A model generated the notes under the pieces. The model was not told the DNA's origin, ran no database searches, and saw only the letters and a list, made by a program, of their open reading frames with translations. The position numbers were made by a program, and so were the translations under genes. This document shows, one piece after another, positions 25,555 through 39,340 of a stretch of 64,000 bases of DNA (its first letter is position 1; the number at the start of each line of letters is the position of its first letter). The DNA comes from Carcharhinus longimanus (Eukaryota): positions 75,224,067 to 75,288,066 of the forward strand of contig JASCQW010000027.1 in NCBI GenBank assembly GCA_030264375.1. Reading direction: 5' to 3'.

Positions 25555-25652
25555 AACTTTTTCTCTCCCCACAGTTATTGAGACCTGCTGAGTGTTTCCA
25601 AAATGTTCTCTTTTTTCAAATTTCCAGCATCTGATGTATTTTACTCTTGTTT
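25555..25652 (+). mobile_element. Penelope-like element terminal fragment
   Basis: ctctcccacag...gacctgctgagtgtttcca...tttccagcatctgatgtatttt. Confidence 0.6.
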
Positions 25653-25901
25653 CCATCAGCCATGGTTTGTGATTAATTTATTATAATTGTAATTCAGATG
25701 GTATAAAAGATGGGTTCAGGATGAGTGGAAAATAGTCGAAAGTCTAAATTACACAAGGAATAGATCCCACATAAGATAAATTACAGGAGATATTGAAAAA
25801 GGCAAAATTGTCATACAGGTTGACAAAATTTTGGAAAATGAAGTAAATCGTAAAGGAGCTTCTTAAAAAATTGTTTTGGTGTGAATAATGCACAAAATAG
25901 T

Positions 25902-26151
25902 GAGGCGTTTGACAAAGTACCTCATAAGAGGTTATTGCAGAAGGTCAGGGGACTTGGAGTTGGGGGTAGGGTGTTAGCGNNNNNNNNNNNNNNNNNNNNN
26001 NNNNNNNNNNNNNNNNNNNNNNNNNNNNNNNNNNNNNNNNNNNNNNNNNNNNNNNNNNNNNNNNNNNNNNNNNNNNNNNAATGGCGGGGCAGGCTCGAAG
26101 GGCCAGATGGCCTACTCCTGCTCCTATTTCTTATGTTCTTATGTTCTTATG
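25902..26151 (+). mobile_element. Young CR1 LINE spanning a gap
   Basis: AFDKVPHKRLLQKVRGLGVGGRVLA before the gap; CpG-retaining tail ggggcaggctcgaagggccagatggcctactcctgctcc with (ttcttatg)3. Confidence 0.9.
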
Positions 26152-26669
26152 TTAAAATAAGTTTATTTGAGCAGCATACAAGAGAAATGATGAAAAAAGT
26201 TTAAACGAAGGTTAAAATAAGTTTCAAACAAGTTGAAGTTGCATGGGTGCAATCATAAAGTCAAGCTGGTAGTGAAAGGTGGAATGCTTGGGGCACATTT
26301 ACATTCCAAGATTGGCAGGAGTGTTAAGTGTTTTGAGTTTCGCCACAACAATGAATTAGTGCAGTACAGAATTGCTTGTTAGATCTGACCTAATTATGGA
26401 CCAAAGCGCCCTTTAATTTTTTTTTTGTTTGCGGCCTATTCATTTCAATGTGCAGCCATGCATGTGAGTTAACTTAAATGGGGGAATTTGCACACTTGGA
26501 GGGAATGTTGCTCTGAACCAAAGAGAATTGAGACTCCCCTCTTCCACTTCAGTGACATCAAACTAAAATATATCAGGTTTTACAGGCTCACTGATGTAAA
26601 CATCTCTCCCTCACCACCAGCTCTCAACCCCCTCCACTGGATCTGATTTCTCACACTGCTATATTGACA

Positions 26670-27362
26670 CCCCATATTGGACAAACAGAAATTCCTTCCA
26701 ACTAAATATTGGAGAAAACTGAAGTTACTGTCTTTGATCCCTGCCACAAAGTTAAATTCCTAGCCACAATGCCATCTTTCGCCATGGCCACTGTCTGAGG
26801 CCGAATTAGAATGTTTGGCACTTTGGTGTCATATTTGATTCCGTGATTAGTTTCCTAGTACTCTCTCAGTAATTTCCAGCTCCATTCCATAAACTGCCTC
26901 AGCTCATCTATTTGAACCCTCAGATATACCCTTGTTAGCTGTGACTATTCCAATGCATTCTTGACATCTTCCACCCCATATAAAATTGGAATGATCCCAA
27001 ATTGTGCCATTTGCATCCTAACTAGCACCGAGTTATGTTCACATGTCGGCCCCATGCTTGCTGAACTACATTCATTTGTAATTCAGCAATAAAATTATCA
27101 TCCTTGTACTCCTCCAGTTTTGGCCTCCTGTGTATGACTAATTCTAATCACTCTGTCATTGGTGGCCAGGCCTTTACTTGCCTAGGCCCCAAGCTCTGGA
27201 ATTCCCTCCCTCTAACCTCTCTCTGCTTTGTTAAGACGCCCCTGAAAGCCTGTCACTTTGACTAAGTTTTTGGTCATCCATTCTAGTATCTCCTTATGTG
27301 GGTCAGTGCCAAATTTGACTCGTCTTGTTTCTCTGTGTTAAATGCACTACACAAATGTTGTT
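26670..27362 (+). mobile_element. L2 LINE 3' fragment
   Basis: ttccttccaactaaatattggagaaaactgaag (FLQLNIxKTE)...gactattccaatgc...cctaggccccaagctctggaattccctccct...gtgttaaatgcactacacaaatgttgtt. Confidence 0.8.
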
Positions 27363-28229
27363 ACTCCCTCAAGAATCAAGTTATCTTTGGACTCTGTAGT
27401 GAGGTAGAACTGTAACAATCATGATGCTTGTAGTGTCAATGCAGCTAAAGTTTTTTTTCTTGATTAGCAATATGTGGAAAATAGACACTGAATCCAAGAA
27501 GGCCACTGGAGAGGTGATTGGGTTTTCTTTTGAAAGGATGCTACATATATACTGAAATTTAGTTGAATGAGAAAAATGATGAATTAGAAGATTTTTAAAC
27601 TAAAATAATAGAAATAACACTGAAAAGATATTGCTGATGTTAATTTTGGCTAGAAAATTTTTAAAAATGGATTAAATGTCAGGGAATGATGAAAGCAGCT
27701 AGATATAGTGGATCTGAAAAAAAATTACAATTTATTTTCTGGCTTCTAATGAACAAGCATGGAGTGTACTGTTAGGCATACTTTAAAGCAGAGAATGTGC
27801 ATACAGAGAGAATGTAAACAATAGAGAGTGTAAACAATCCAGATAAATGTTTAATAAAAATTATCTATGAGCAGTTACTGGAATGAGTTGTGTTTTCACT
27901 TGCGTACTCTTTATGGCTCTTGGAATGTACTGTGTGCATATTTTGGTTCCAATTTTCACTTTTCTACTAATTAAGAGTTTCAGGTTATTTGAAAATCTGT
28001 ATTTTCTTGAGCAAATGCTTTTTGCTGTAGCAGGTCGAGTTTGCCAAATAAGTGGCAGGTTCTAATTTTCATGCATGAGATGTTCCAGAATCATTTTACA
28101 ATCTAGTTCTTTGCATTGGGCAACTTCGTCAATGCACATGTGCCATATTTGGTCAGTTTTGTTCACATGATTACAATATTGGTTTGATTCAATTGATGGC
28201 ATTGGTGCTGCTGACTCAAGATAGTGTGC

Positions 28230-28545
28230 ATTTTTAACTTCCACTACATGATCCAACCATATACTCTCAACTGACATCACTGTGCAATAATGAGGGATTG
28301 CAGCAGTATTGGAGATGCTAGGTCCTAATTTGAAGTAAAAACATCTCATGGCACAACTTGAACAGTGTATTGTTTTAGCCAACACTCTGTGCTGATCACT
28401 AAAACCAATTTAACAGGTTGGTTATCTTCTTTCTGTTTGTGGAGCATTTGCTTACCTAAGACAATTAGTCCACCTCAAAAGTAATTGGTTTGTGGTGAAA
28501 AGCTTGGGATGTGCTGAAGAAATGATTTAGCACTAGATAAATCTA
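28230..28545 (+). mobile_element. Deu-domain SINE (SacSINE1-like), decayed
   Basis: ctgacatcactgtgcaataatgagggattgcagcagtattggagatgc...ctgtttgtggagcatttgct...gcttgggatgtgctgaag...gcactagataaat. Confidence 0.65.
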
Positions 28546-29734
28546 AATTCTCTCCAATAAATCTTTGGAGAATTGCATAACTGGAGATTTTCTTTGCACT
28601 TCCAAAATTACAGTCTGATTTTTTTTTTCCCCTTAATGTTAACCTAAATGTTTATATTTGTTTTCAAGTTACATAAAAATATAGACCCCCTTCGCATGGT
28701 CTTGATCTCTCATGATGTGGCCTGAAAAATGAATGCACATTAGGGGCAGTGTAGAAGATGGATTCTTGTTCAACAACCCAAGTTCATGATCAGTTCAATC
28801 ATTTCAGAAATTGATTTGGACTTGCTGATGCATTGAATTAGAACATGTCTTGACACTTTAGCTTTAAATGCAGTCTGAAGAAATTGGACTGACCTGTTCG
28901 GTATGCAAAGTGTGAAATTATGAAATAATTTTGAGCAGCCTCAGTCTGATATAAGAATACATAGTGCACTATTTCTTAGTGCAGCTCAGGGATAAACACA
29001 GGAATGTGATACTTGAGCCCAATAAGCCGAAGTCATAAATGTGACTTTTCTACCCAAAATGCATTCACTTATTCATCAATGAGCTATTCTTTTGGCGTTA
29101 GTCAGTTATTGATTGATCAGTCAATAGTTTGCCAGAGGGAACTGCTTCTAGACCCCATGTTGGCGGAATCCAATTCTTAAATTGATTTCCTGGCAAGGCT
29201 GTTCTGACTTGAATAGTTGTGTTGGGACTTAACATAACTTGATGTTAAATTCTCTTATTCTGTACACTCTCCATCTGAATTGCCAAAAACTCTAGCAAGT
29301 CGGAGCAACACGATTTTCCACCGTTTAATATGGTAATATTTGCCAGAATTCTTTGCACAGAAAAATGATATTTTAGACCAAAATTACCAAAACTTTAATA
29401 TTTCACTCTTGTTAATTGGACACTGGGAAGAAATAAGAAACACGAACCATCAAGCAAAACATTAGAACAGTGTCATCACCCGTACAAGGCTAAGTAAGAA
29501 TTAATCTTGGATTAATTATTTTATATTGAACCAAGTCTTCACAGCACACAGTGGGAAACATTGGGACATCTAGTTTATCACAATGTGCCCCTTAATTTCT
29601 CCTCTGTGCAAAATTATTTTGTTGCCTTCCTCGTGATTCTGCCTAAATTTATCTTTGGCCATTGGCCAACTCTTTTGCCTGCTGGCTGAATAAAGCCACT
29701 GTGAACCAAGTAGACATATTTAATGATTAAGTTT

Positions 29735-30056
29735 AAATTTTTATGTTTATTTATTAGTGTCAATTAGTTTGCAGGTAGGCTTACATTAACATTGCAATGA
29801 AGCTACTGTGAAAATCCCCTAGTCGCCGCACTGCAGCGCCTGTTCAGGTACACTGAGGGAGAATTTAGCATTGCAGATGCACCCAACCAGCACATCTTTC
29901 AGACTGTAGGAGGTAATCGGAGCATCCGGAGCAAACCCACATAAACACAGGGAGAATGTGCAGACTCCACACAGACAATGACCCAAGCCAGGAATTGAAC
30001 CTCAGACCCTGGTGCAGTGAGGCAGCAGTGCTAACCACTGTGCCACCATGCTGCCC
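29735..30056 (-). mobile_element. V-SINE with alternative tail (same type as 10160-10452)
   Basis: gtaggcttacattaacattgcaatgaagctactgtgaaaatcccctagtcgcc...gcagcagtgctaaccactgtgccaccatgctgccc. Confidence 0.92.
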
Positions 30057-33000
30057 TATTTCATTCTGTCTAAATAATAACTTCAGCCACAGATATGCTA
30101 CAATTCAAAGGTAGATCTACTCACATGCATGTGGAAATAAGGTACTTTAGGAGAATCTTCATTGCTGTTTATAAAACATGAAGTGAATTCAATAAAATAA
30201 ATCTATGATATTGCTTCAAATTAAGTCAGAAAATAGGGTTAGAAAACCAAAATCAAATTAGTGGAAAATAAATACAAATCTGATGTAGGAATAAAGATTG
30301 TGAACATTTTGTATATAGAACAAAAATATGGTATGGATTTCATGTGCAGCAGCAGAGTAATTTGCATTGAGGACTTGCACTGACTTCAAAAGAACTACCC
30401 ACAAAATTTGAGTGATCTCTATGGCATGCATTTCCCCTTTCCCATTGCCATTTTTAATCTAACACCAAGTTAAGAGTGTATCCTGGTGTTCAGCAATAAT
30501 TGTCATCAAACAGGATAAGCAGCCAGTCACATTGAAGCATTCTCATATACCAGGAAATAAATTCACTGAATTTCACTTAGAGCACAATACCTAATTGAAT
30601 AATTGGGACATAAACTGCAATTAAGACTAAAGCAGAAAGGTCAGACATTTTAATAAAGAAACATCATTTCAACAATGTTAATATTATAATCTTAGTGGTG
30701 AAATTTTATAGTCCACAAATATAAATTTAGTTTTCCAAATCCGTGAAAGTGATTAGCAGTAGTTATGAAATTAGTATGTCATTTCCAAACCCAGTAATAC
30801 CTCATTCAATAAGGTGTAACTTTTTCAAGGAGTTTTTACAGCAAGATCAATAGCATAGAAGGGTAAGCCCTGGGTTACTTCAGTGATTCCTACTTGAGGA
30901 TGAGGGAACCTAAGCAGCACATTTCTTCTTCTGAAGAAGAGTAGAATCACTGGCAATAACTTCTGGTTACTCTGCACAAGTGCAAATTTGGAAAAGAGTT
31001 GTCAGCTTCAGAGGGGCAATGGTGATGAATAATTTTGCAAAATCCAAGACATTGGAAATGCCATGACTGCAGCCTAATGCTAAATTGCGCACGTTAAGGC
31101 TACAATTAAGTGTGGGTTCGATAGGCCAAATAACCGTTAACCATGACCTTTTTTGTACTGTTAATGTGTTGATTTATCAAATTGAGTGTTTCTAATGCTG
31201 TACAGGTCATTGCACCATGGTACAGTCCATTTGTGGTAAAAATTCACAAGCTGGCTTTTGAAACCTGAATGGTGGTTCAATTGATATGGTTGTTTCTCCT
31301 TTATAGCACCTGCCTGATTTTTCATTCAGCAATTTTCAATGGAACAAAAGTAGGGCATGTTCTATAAAAGTCAGTTATCTACATATGCCTGTGTTCACAC
31401 TGTAAAATGGGTTTTGTTATCCCGATGGGTCTAACGTGCTGTCAGGAAATGGGAGATGCTTTTAGCAGTATTAACATGCATTGCCAGTATTTCGACACTG
31501 CTTTCTTGTAATCTAAATACAAACATTAATATAAAAGTACCTTCCGAATAAGAACCTTGACCTGCATAAGGTGTTCCCTAATCTTAATATGTCTTGGTGT
31601 TACATTTATATGATATGATTTGATCTTCTATGGCCTACTTATTTAATTGCCCGTTGTTTATCTTGAGATAATTATCTTCCATTTTTATTATTAAATCTTT
31701 CAATAATAAAACAGCACTCCACAAAGTGCTGTTTTCATTAATTATTTATATAGCTTCAAAAATAATTCTCTGCTGCAATATAAGCAAAGATATTGAATAA
31801 TAGATATGTTGCTGTGAGCAGCAAGGCCAAGAGCCCAACCAGATAAGTCATATCATGTCATAAATTGCAAAAGTGCAGTTTTGTAAACATTGAACCGCAG
31901 GATTAGATTGAATACTTTAACTGACTTCCTAGTGTTTGTTACTGTTGGCAGAAATCCTCCATCGTAAGGATGCTTGGACACTTCAGCAATAAGTACAAAC
32001 GTTTTCAAAGCAAAAGAATTATCACATCATGAACAATTATAAGCAGAAAAAACAATCCATTTACAAAGCAAAGATGCTTAGTTTTCCAGCAGAAAAATAT
32101 TTGGGATAAGAAAATCTAGACAAAACTGGAAGTCAACCTTGAATTTTGCTCATTGATGGTCAGTGGAATGCAAGGTAAGTTTAGTCATACTTTGCTCTTG
32201 CAGGTTGAGAATATCAAGGGCCAAAGCTGCATTGATTCTGACCTACATTTAGGAATACTGAACTTTTTAAAGTGAGTAAAAGTTGCCAGACAGTTGCTAA
32301 AAATAATTAATTGTGTTGAGCAGGTTGGAGATTCGGCGACAACATGATATAGTATTACGTAAATAGATACCTTTCAAACATGTGACTTCCATTCCTTTTG
32401 TATTAACTCCTATCCAACGTGCTATATCTACATAGGTGGGTGTTAAAAGGGCCTCACAACTCCAGGTCAACATATTTGCTCATTGTGCTTCACTCCTAGT
32501 GCCAAGTTACCAAGAGCATAGTATTAGACTACAAGGTTGTAGAAGGGCACCAAACATAGATCATGGGAGCCTGACACTTGAATGATGGAGGTGGGGGCAA
32601 CAGATAGTCATCATTGGGTATTTTTCATGAATGCAAATTGCTTTTCAGTCGATAGCCCAGATGGGTGCTTTGTGGTTGGAGTGCAGCTTAGGTGCTGCAT
32701 TAGAGAGCGGTTGCCAATTTAAATAAACAGCAAGGAGCTAGTGAGTCTAGCACAGTACAGCAGTTGAAGTGGATTGGTTCTCCACTGACCCAGTATCCTT
32801 CCCAGATTCTTTGAAATCTTTATAGTTGCTAATGTAGTAATAGAGGGTACTAAATGTAAATCTCTTTGTAAGTAATAGTGATTCCACCTGCATAAAGTTC
32901 AATACCTGCAACATAATATTTGTATTTTCTTCTCGCTCCTGACTTCCTCCTCAAAGCTCTGGCATCCTCCAAATTATTGACTTATTTCCAATTTCTCTTT

Positions 33001-33489
33001 TTTTCCCTAATACTGACATCATCCTCTGAAGTTGTTAACTGATCCACAGCCATTAGTTAAGTCAGAATTAAAACACAGAAGCTTCTTTGCTGGAGAGAGT
33101 TTATTGACTTTAGTTTACAGTCAACACTACTCCAACACCCCAGTGTCCCAATGATCCCAAGCTTTAGGAGTACAAATATCCATCATCTACCATTAAACCT
33201 ATCCCTTCATATAAGTTACTTCACTGATAAATATCTGCGCACTACTGATCCTTAGCATCACAGAACTGAAATGCTAACTCTGTTTCTCCACCAATGCTGC
33301 CAGACCTATTGAATATTTCAGATTTGCTGTTATCATATCAGATTTCCAGCAGCAGCAATATTTTGCATCCAAGTGAAAACCTAACAGATTGAATGCAACC
33401 AGTAGCAAGAGAGACAGATAATTATTTCAGCTATGTTTTTAACACAAGAATACATTTGAAACAAATGAGGTTGTTATTTGAGTTCCCAG

Positions 33490-33730
33490 TAAATCTGAGA
33501 TACTAAGATAGGAAATGTCATAAAACTCAGTGAGTCTGGCAGAGTCTGTGGCAACAGAAAGAAAGTTAATGTTTTGAGTTTGTATGACTCTTCTTCAGAG
33601 TCATACTGATCTGAAGTGTGAACTTTTTCTCTCAACAGATGCTGCCATACCTGCTGTGTTTCCTTTCCACCCTCAACATTCCCTGTTTTTATTTCATATT
33701 TCCAGCATCTGCACTATTTTGCTTTTATTC
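33490..33730. mobile_element. Penelope-derived fold-back element with degenerate hammerhead motif
   Basis: Left half is the reverse complement of the right half; central perfect stem gtatgactct/agagtcatac; minus strand reads CTGAAGA-agagtcatacaaactc-AAAACATTAAC. Confidence 0.7.
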
Positions 33731-33944
33731 CAATAATTCTGAGTGCTGGACCAAACTGAATCTGAACCCTCTAGCACCAGGTCAACTTTGGATAGATTCA
33801 GAACAAATCTAGCAACCCAAAACTGGGCAGACCACTCATGATATTTTAAAAAGCTCTATCAAATCACCTCCACTCAACCATGGAACCAATCTCATAATCT
33901 TTTCTGCACACTTTCTAATGCCTTCCTATCTTGAGAGTTAGAAT

Positions 33945-34690
33945 TGACCAGAAATGTGATTGGACCAGCCATATAATACTGTGGTTCAAGAGCAGCTGAG
34001 AATCCTGTGGCAGATAACTCAGCTCCTGACTCCACAGAAATCTGTCCACCATCTAAGAGACATGCCTACAGCTCGTGGACTGCTGCAATGCTGGAAGGTG
34101 ACTCACCATCGTTTTCCAATTAGAGATGGGCAACAAAATGCTGTCCTAGCTGGAATCACCCACATCCTGTGAAAGAATTTTTAAAACGTAAGGAGTGTAA
34201 TGGAATATTCTCCACTCCTAAACAACCCTGAAGAAGCTTTACTCTCTCCAGGTCCAAGCAGCTGCTTGGTTGGAATACTATCCCACCACCATAAAAAATG
34301 ATTTCCTCCATCACTGATGTACAGTGGCAGTAGTGTGTACCATTTACAAGATTCACTGCAGTAAACCATCAAGTCTCCTTTGAGATTACTTTCTAAATCT
34401 GCGACCTTTATCACTTAGAAGGACAAAGGCAGCAGATGCATGGGAACACCACCACCTGCATGTCCTCCTCCAAGCCACACACCATGCTGAATTGGAAATA
34501 TATCACTGTTCTTTCATTGTCAGATCAAAATCCTGGAACTCCCTTCCTACCAACACCGTGGGTGTTCCTACAGCACATGCCTGTAACAGTTCAAGATGCA
34601 GCAGCTCACCACTACCTTCTCAAGCAATTAGTTATGGGCAACAAATGTTGATCTTTCCAGCAACACTCCTGTTCCAGGACCAAAACAAAA
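33945..34690 (+). mobile_element. Two tandem Crack/CR1-clade LINE 3' fragments
   Basis: ILWQITQLLTPQ and CSFIVRSKSWNSLPTNTVGVPT; 3' ends caattagagatgggcaacaaaatgctg (about 34120-34175) and caattagttatgggcaacaaatg (about 34625-34650). Confidence 0.8.
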
Positions 34691-37329
34691 ATCCTTGTTC
34701 AACCCTGCTGTTTTATAATTTCCATCTGGTTGCTTTTCTCTGTTGGCTAACATCATGCAGTTGTAGGCTGCTTCAGTTCTCTGACTGAAAGCAGATTCTT
34801 GGCGATTATTCCCCAAAGCAAGGCAAAGTGCTGTATTTTTAATACAGTTGGGGTGAGGAGACAAGTCCAAATGCACCTCTGTGGTAATAGGAGAATCAAA
34901 CTCTGTGTTGTTGACACTAATCTGATCCACACACTGCGGTGCTGCCAACTGAATTGACGAGCCCACCAGTAGTATACTGTCCACTGTTAATGTTTTAAAC
35001 CTTTCCACTGGCCTGTTTTATTAATTGGAACTTGTCTCTTTAAATTCAATTTGGAGTACTGTTTAAAACTTACCTGTGAATTGCAAACACCTGAAAATAA
35101 GCCAAAGTTGTAATCTAATCAAGGGGTGTGGAGCATGTTGTAAATCATGAGATCAAAACCCGATTAGTGAACAGATTATATTGTAGCACAGCCTAGTCTC
35201 TCTTAAATGTATAAAGTATCTTTTTTCAGTTGTTAGGGTGGCATGTAGTTGGCAGTGTGCACCTTGACGCATGATGACGTTCATTAAACAAAATGTAACT
35301 CACAAAAGTTTGCTAAATTAATTTTCTATCAGTATGTTGTATAAAGAGCACAGTTTCTTGTCTGAAGCCAGTTCCTATCTTAAGGCTGATTTATATCCTA
35401 TGCTGCAGAATAAACAGACAATTCCCCCACTTTTATACTCCTGTAATGAAGCCCGAACACTTCCCCACTTGGGGACAGCTGCTTTTAATTATCAGCTGTG
35501 AACATGAACCCTACTGCAGCACCATTCCAACATTAACAAAGTTAACCAGCATACAGTGTATTTTGTAGGCATCACTGTAATTAATTTACAGCTTTACAAA
35601 AATTATTTGACAAATATTCCATTCATAAAATGCTATGTGGGTGTGACATTTCATTGTATTGCTATCTTTAGTTTTTTAATATAAACAAGCAGAAATCCAG
35701 GTTCATGCCATCTGGAGTGCCATCTGTTTTCACGAAACCTATATTTAGGCTTAGAGAGTGGGTGAAGTTATAATTGTTACCATTTTAGTGAATGTTCAAA
35801 TGTATTTTGCTGCTCAGTTGAACATTCCAGAGTCTCTGTGCGTTTCTGCCGGGGTTTCACAGGTACATCTAAGATTCTTTTCTCATATTATTGTTGTAAA
35901 TTCCTTGAAAGATAATTTTCAATTGGCTACAGAAGCATTCTGTGTGCAGTATATACCATAATTAAGGCTGATAGATGAGTGGTTTATTTCTGGGTTAATT
36001 ATGTTTGATTTTACTTGTAACCTTTATAATAATCAGTGCACCAAAATCCTTGCAGAGTTCTACTTACTGATGATGCATTATTGATTCATAAAAGTGACAG
36101 CACAGAAACTGAACCTGGCTGCATGTGTCACTATTTTTAATAATATCTGGATTTGTACACTTTGATTCTATTGCTCCTTTGCCACATTTAGACTTTTAGT
36201 TTCAAAGCATTCCTTATTCTTCCTTTTAAAATGTAATATTCCTTCTAAAATTTAACATTCTACATTCATCTCTACTGGAATTAATTTACCAATTGTGCAA
36301 TATACACAGTGCTGCAAATGTACTCATGGCCTGAACTTTGCAGTTATAATGATGACAGGAATGTGAGTTCTTTCCACAATTATTGTGTGAAGCTGACAGT
36401 TAATTCTGGCACCTGCACCTGTACAGGTAAATACAGTTGTTGCCAGTGATGGCCCACTCTGCCACATGGTGTGCTGTTGAAGTATTCACAGATGGTAACC
36501 AGTGAGGGCTTGAGCATTAATTGACATGATCTTCCACTTATACGACTTTTTTTCATGCTGTGAAAACCCTTGAAAATGCCTTGTTGATGGAGATGTAATT
36601 GGGTTTTTAACACCGTACTAAGTCATAGTTACTGCTGAAATACCCCTCTGGCTGTGAAACCTAACTTTATATTTGTGGAAGTCAAATTTCTCCATTCCAT
36701 AGTAAATAAAAAAAAGTAGATTTTTTAAATGCTAAAAAAATTAAAAGTTTAAGATACTTTAATCCCATTTGTACATCCCAATCTTCATTTAACTTTATGT
36801 AAAATTAGATGAAAAATAGTGAGAATCAAATGTGCTTGTTACCTCCTGGTTTAGTGTCTGTGAGTGTCTTCAACTAAGCTAGTTAGTCTGGTTGATGACA
36901 TGACTGTTACTGGAAGCCAGAGATCCCCGGAATCTGGCACCAGAATAACATTAACAACAGGAAAGAAGAAATCCATGTCACAGAGCTTATTACATCTTTC
37001 TGGAAAGTTTTCTTCAAGGTCAGCGGTGAGCATCATCTCTTCATCGTTGCGGTCATAATCTAGACCAAGGTTTTTTTTAATATTCAATATATTAGTATAA
37101 AATCTCATAAATATTGTGCAGAGTGAATGAGTGCACAATTGATAATGTGCTTGGCAATGAAATGGTATGCATAACCAAGTAGTGCATGTCACTTAGGGGC
37201 AGTGTGCGTAACAACAGGCAGTTATACATGACTATAGGGCAGTGGCCATGACTGTGAAGCAGCATATGTAGCTATAAGATAATTGCCATTCCAGATATGG
37301 TCCAGCAATGAGCCCTTTCAATATACCAA

Positions 37330-37690
37330 TTTAATTAGTCATATATGTTTGATTAGACTTCCTATATCAGAGAGAGTGGGATGTTATACCAAGTTTTGAA
37401 AGTGGCATCAAGTCGGAAGTAGGTGATTTTAGACCTGTTAGCCTAACTCCATTTTTTTGGAAAGTTGTGAGAATCAATGATTAGAGACCAGGGCAGAGTA
37501 CAGGATTATCAAAGACCTACAGCAAAGCTTCTGGAAAATAAAATCATGGCTCAAAAACTGGTTTGAATCATTTAAGGAGCTAAGCAGCAGCTTGGATAAA
37601 GATAGCTCTGACATGTATCTGGACTTTTCAGCAAGGCACTGAATGATAACTATCTTCTCAAATGGAGTCATGGTTCTAAGATGTCTGAAA
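37330..37690 (+). mobile_element. Decayed CR1 RT fragment
   Basis: ggtgattttagacctgttagcctaactcc...ggaaagttgtgagaatcaatgattagagac (RPVSLT...GK..ESMIRD); tatctggacttttcagcaaggca. Confidence 0.65.
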
Positions 37691-37789
37691 GAAGAACAGC
37701 ACAAGATAGGGTATTTGGGAGGAGAGTGGATAAGCAAAAAGTGCATGTTTACACCAAGTGTAGCTTGTAAATAAGAAAAGATTGATGAA

Positions 37790-38463
37790 GTTGAAGTGGA
37801 TGGGGGAAGAGGGTCTTGTGTGGGTACTGAATGGTTTTTCAGCCCCATTATGGCCACCATCTCAGCCATGGGCTGCCCAATTGATGACCTCCTCTTGGGG
37901 TAAGGACCCACAGCTGTGCCTATCATCTGCTGGTTAGCTGTTGCTGCTGCCTCTGGTTATGTACCACTTTAATCCTGCAAAAGAGAGGGAAGTGTTAATG
38001 AATGAAGTGCAGTGTGTTTGAATGGGTGTCTTGGTTAAATGGCTGGTGGTATGTGATGTTTTCAGTTGTCTGGATGTGAGGTGAAGCTATGAATATGAGG
38101 GATGAATTGTGACGGACAGTGATTATTGGTAGATGTGTGTTGGGTGGGTGGTGAATTGAACAGTGTGCGAGGCTAGTGGTACATTTAGGCTGTGGCATTT
38201 GAAAATAGATTCACTGACTTTGACTGTTGGTGTGAAGTTGTTGAACTTCTTGTGGCATTGTATCCAGACCCTCTAGCTTGACATGTGACACTTATCACAA
38301 CAAGGCCTTCAGTGGAACCTACTATCTACTATGTTGTGTTATTATTCAGTGTTCACCATGTCAAAATCAGTTTTAGAAAGACTTCTGGCTCCTGTTTCAA
38401 CCTGAACTGCACTGCTCCTTCAAAACGTTCAAGCTGGCTTTAAGAAGTGCTGGCTAGCTTTAA
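37790..38463 (-). pseudogene. Decayed Harbinger-type Myb/SANT (NAIF1-like) ORF remnant with intron
   Basis: Minus strand RVWIQCHKKFNNFTPTVK|gtcagt, then tttttgcag|..KVVHNQRQQQQLT...LWVLTP, resembling the trihelix WxQCRKKFNDL motif; stops and frameshifts present. Confidence 0.7.
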
Positions 38464-39340
38464 AGGGGAGGTGATGGCCTAGTGGTATTATTGCTAGGCT
38501 ATTAATCCAGAAACTCAGATAATGTTCTGGGGACTGTTGCTGCACCATTCATACAGTCTGTTTTAACCCTTATATGTTTACAAAGAATTGTGAGCAGACT
38601 TCTTGTTAGTACAATAATATTTATCCTCACACACAATTATTAATCACCCACCCAATCAATGCTAAGTTATCTTGCAGAATACTAAAGTTCAAGTCCAAAA
38701 CTAGACCTTGACTTAACTTTCACATAACTGGCAAGTACCCAGGCAGATATTGGCCTTTATCCACGTGTTAGTCTTCGTTGTCCTCTGCCTAACTTAGTCT
38801 GATACTCTGGCTCTGGTCTTCCTTCCATTTTTGGTGAAGTGGCTCTCCTCATGCTAGTCATTGTTGGCGACGGTTGTTGTTGTGGTTCATTCATTGGGAG
38901 AGAGATTCTTCTGTGTGCAGCATCCTCTATATCTCTTTGATTTTGTGCCCTTTTTGGCCATTGCCAATCATTCGATCAGGGCTTGATCACCCTGATCGAT
39001 AAAGTCCAATTAGGTGCTGCCACACCGATCTCTGGGTGTGTACCCAACGGTCATGTCTGTAGGTGCCGGAGGCACATAGGTCACATACCTCCCTCCCAAA
39101 ACAAGGGTTAAAGCGCTCCTGTTTCTGGTAAACAACCCAGCTTGACCAGAAAGTGTCCTTTGTCCTTGAGATGGCCTATATCCAGTGTATTCCAAAGTCT
39201 GCAGATGCAGCCTTTTTATCGCGATCCAATTTCTTTTGAGGCTGCAGCCTGTCTGTTTCAGTGTTTTCCAATTATCCCAGCGTGCTCTTGCAAACCACCA
39301 TCTTAAGCGGCCCGTTTGGCCACAGGACCCAGGTTCGAAT
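38464..39340 (+). mobile_element. tRNA-SINE 5' head (38464-38534 plus 39325-39340) split by a solo LTR
   Basis: ggggaggtgatggcctagtggtattattgctaggctattaatccagaaactcag...ttctggggac | ccaggttcgaat (A-box and B-box). Confidence 0.75.
38535..39324. mobile_element. Solo LTR (790 bp), ERV- or Gypsy-type
   Basis: Starts TGTTGC, ends GGCCACA (TG...CA with short inverted ends); exact 4-bp TSD GGAC at 38531-38534 and 39325-39328; removing it restores the SINE head. Confidence 0.85.

Noticed and set aside
31952-32174. Exon candidate with strong donor AAG|gtaagt
   Set aside because: Stops occur in the frames I checked, including the phase-0 frame. A non-coding exon cannot be excluded but is unsupported.
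38464-38534. tRNA gene
   Set aside because: The A/B-box-like sequence belongs to a SINE head, and no complete cloverleaf is evident; the same holds for the HE1 heads.
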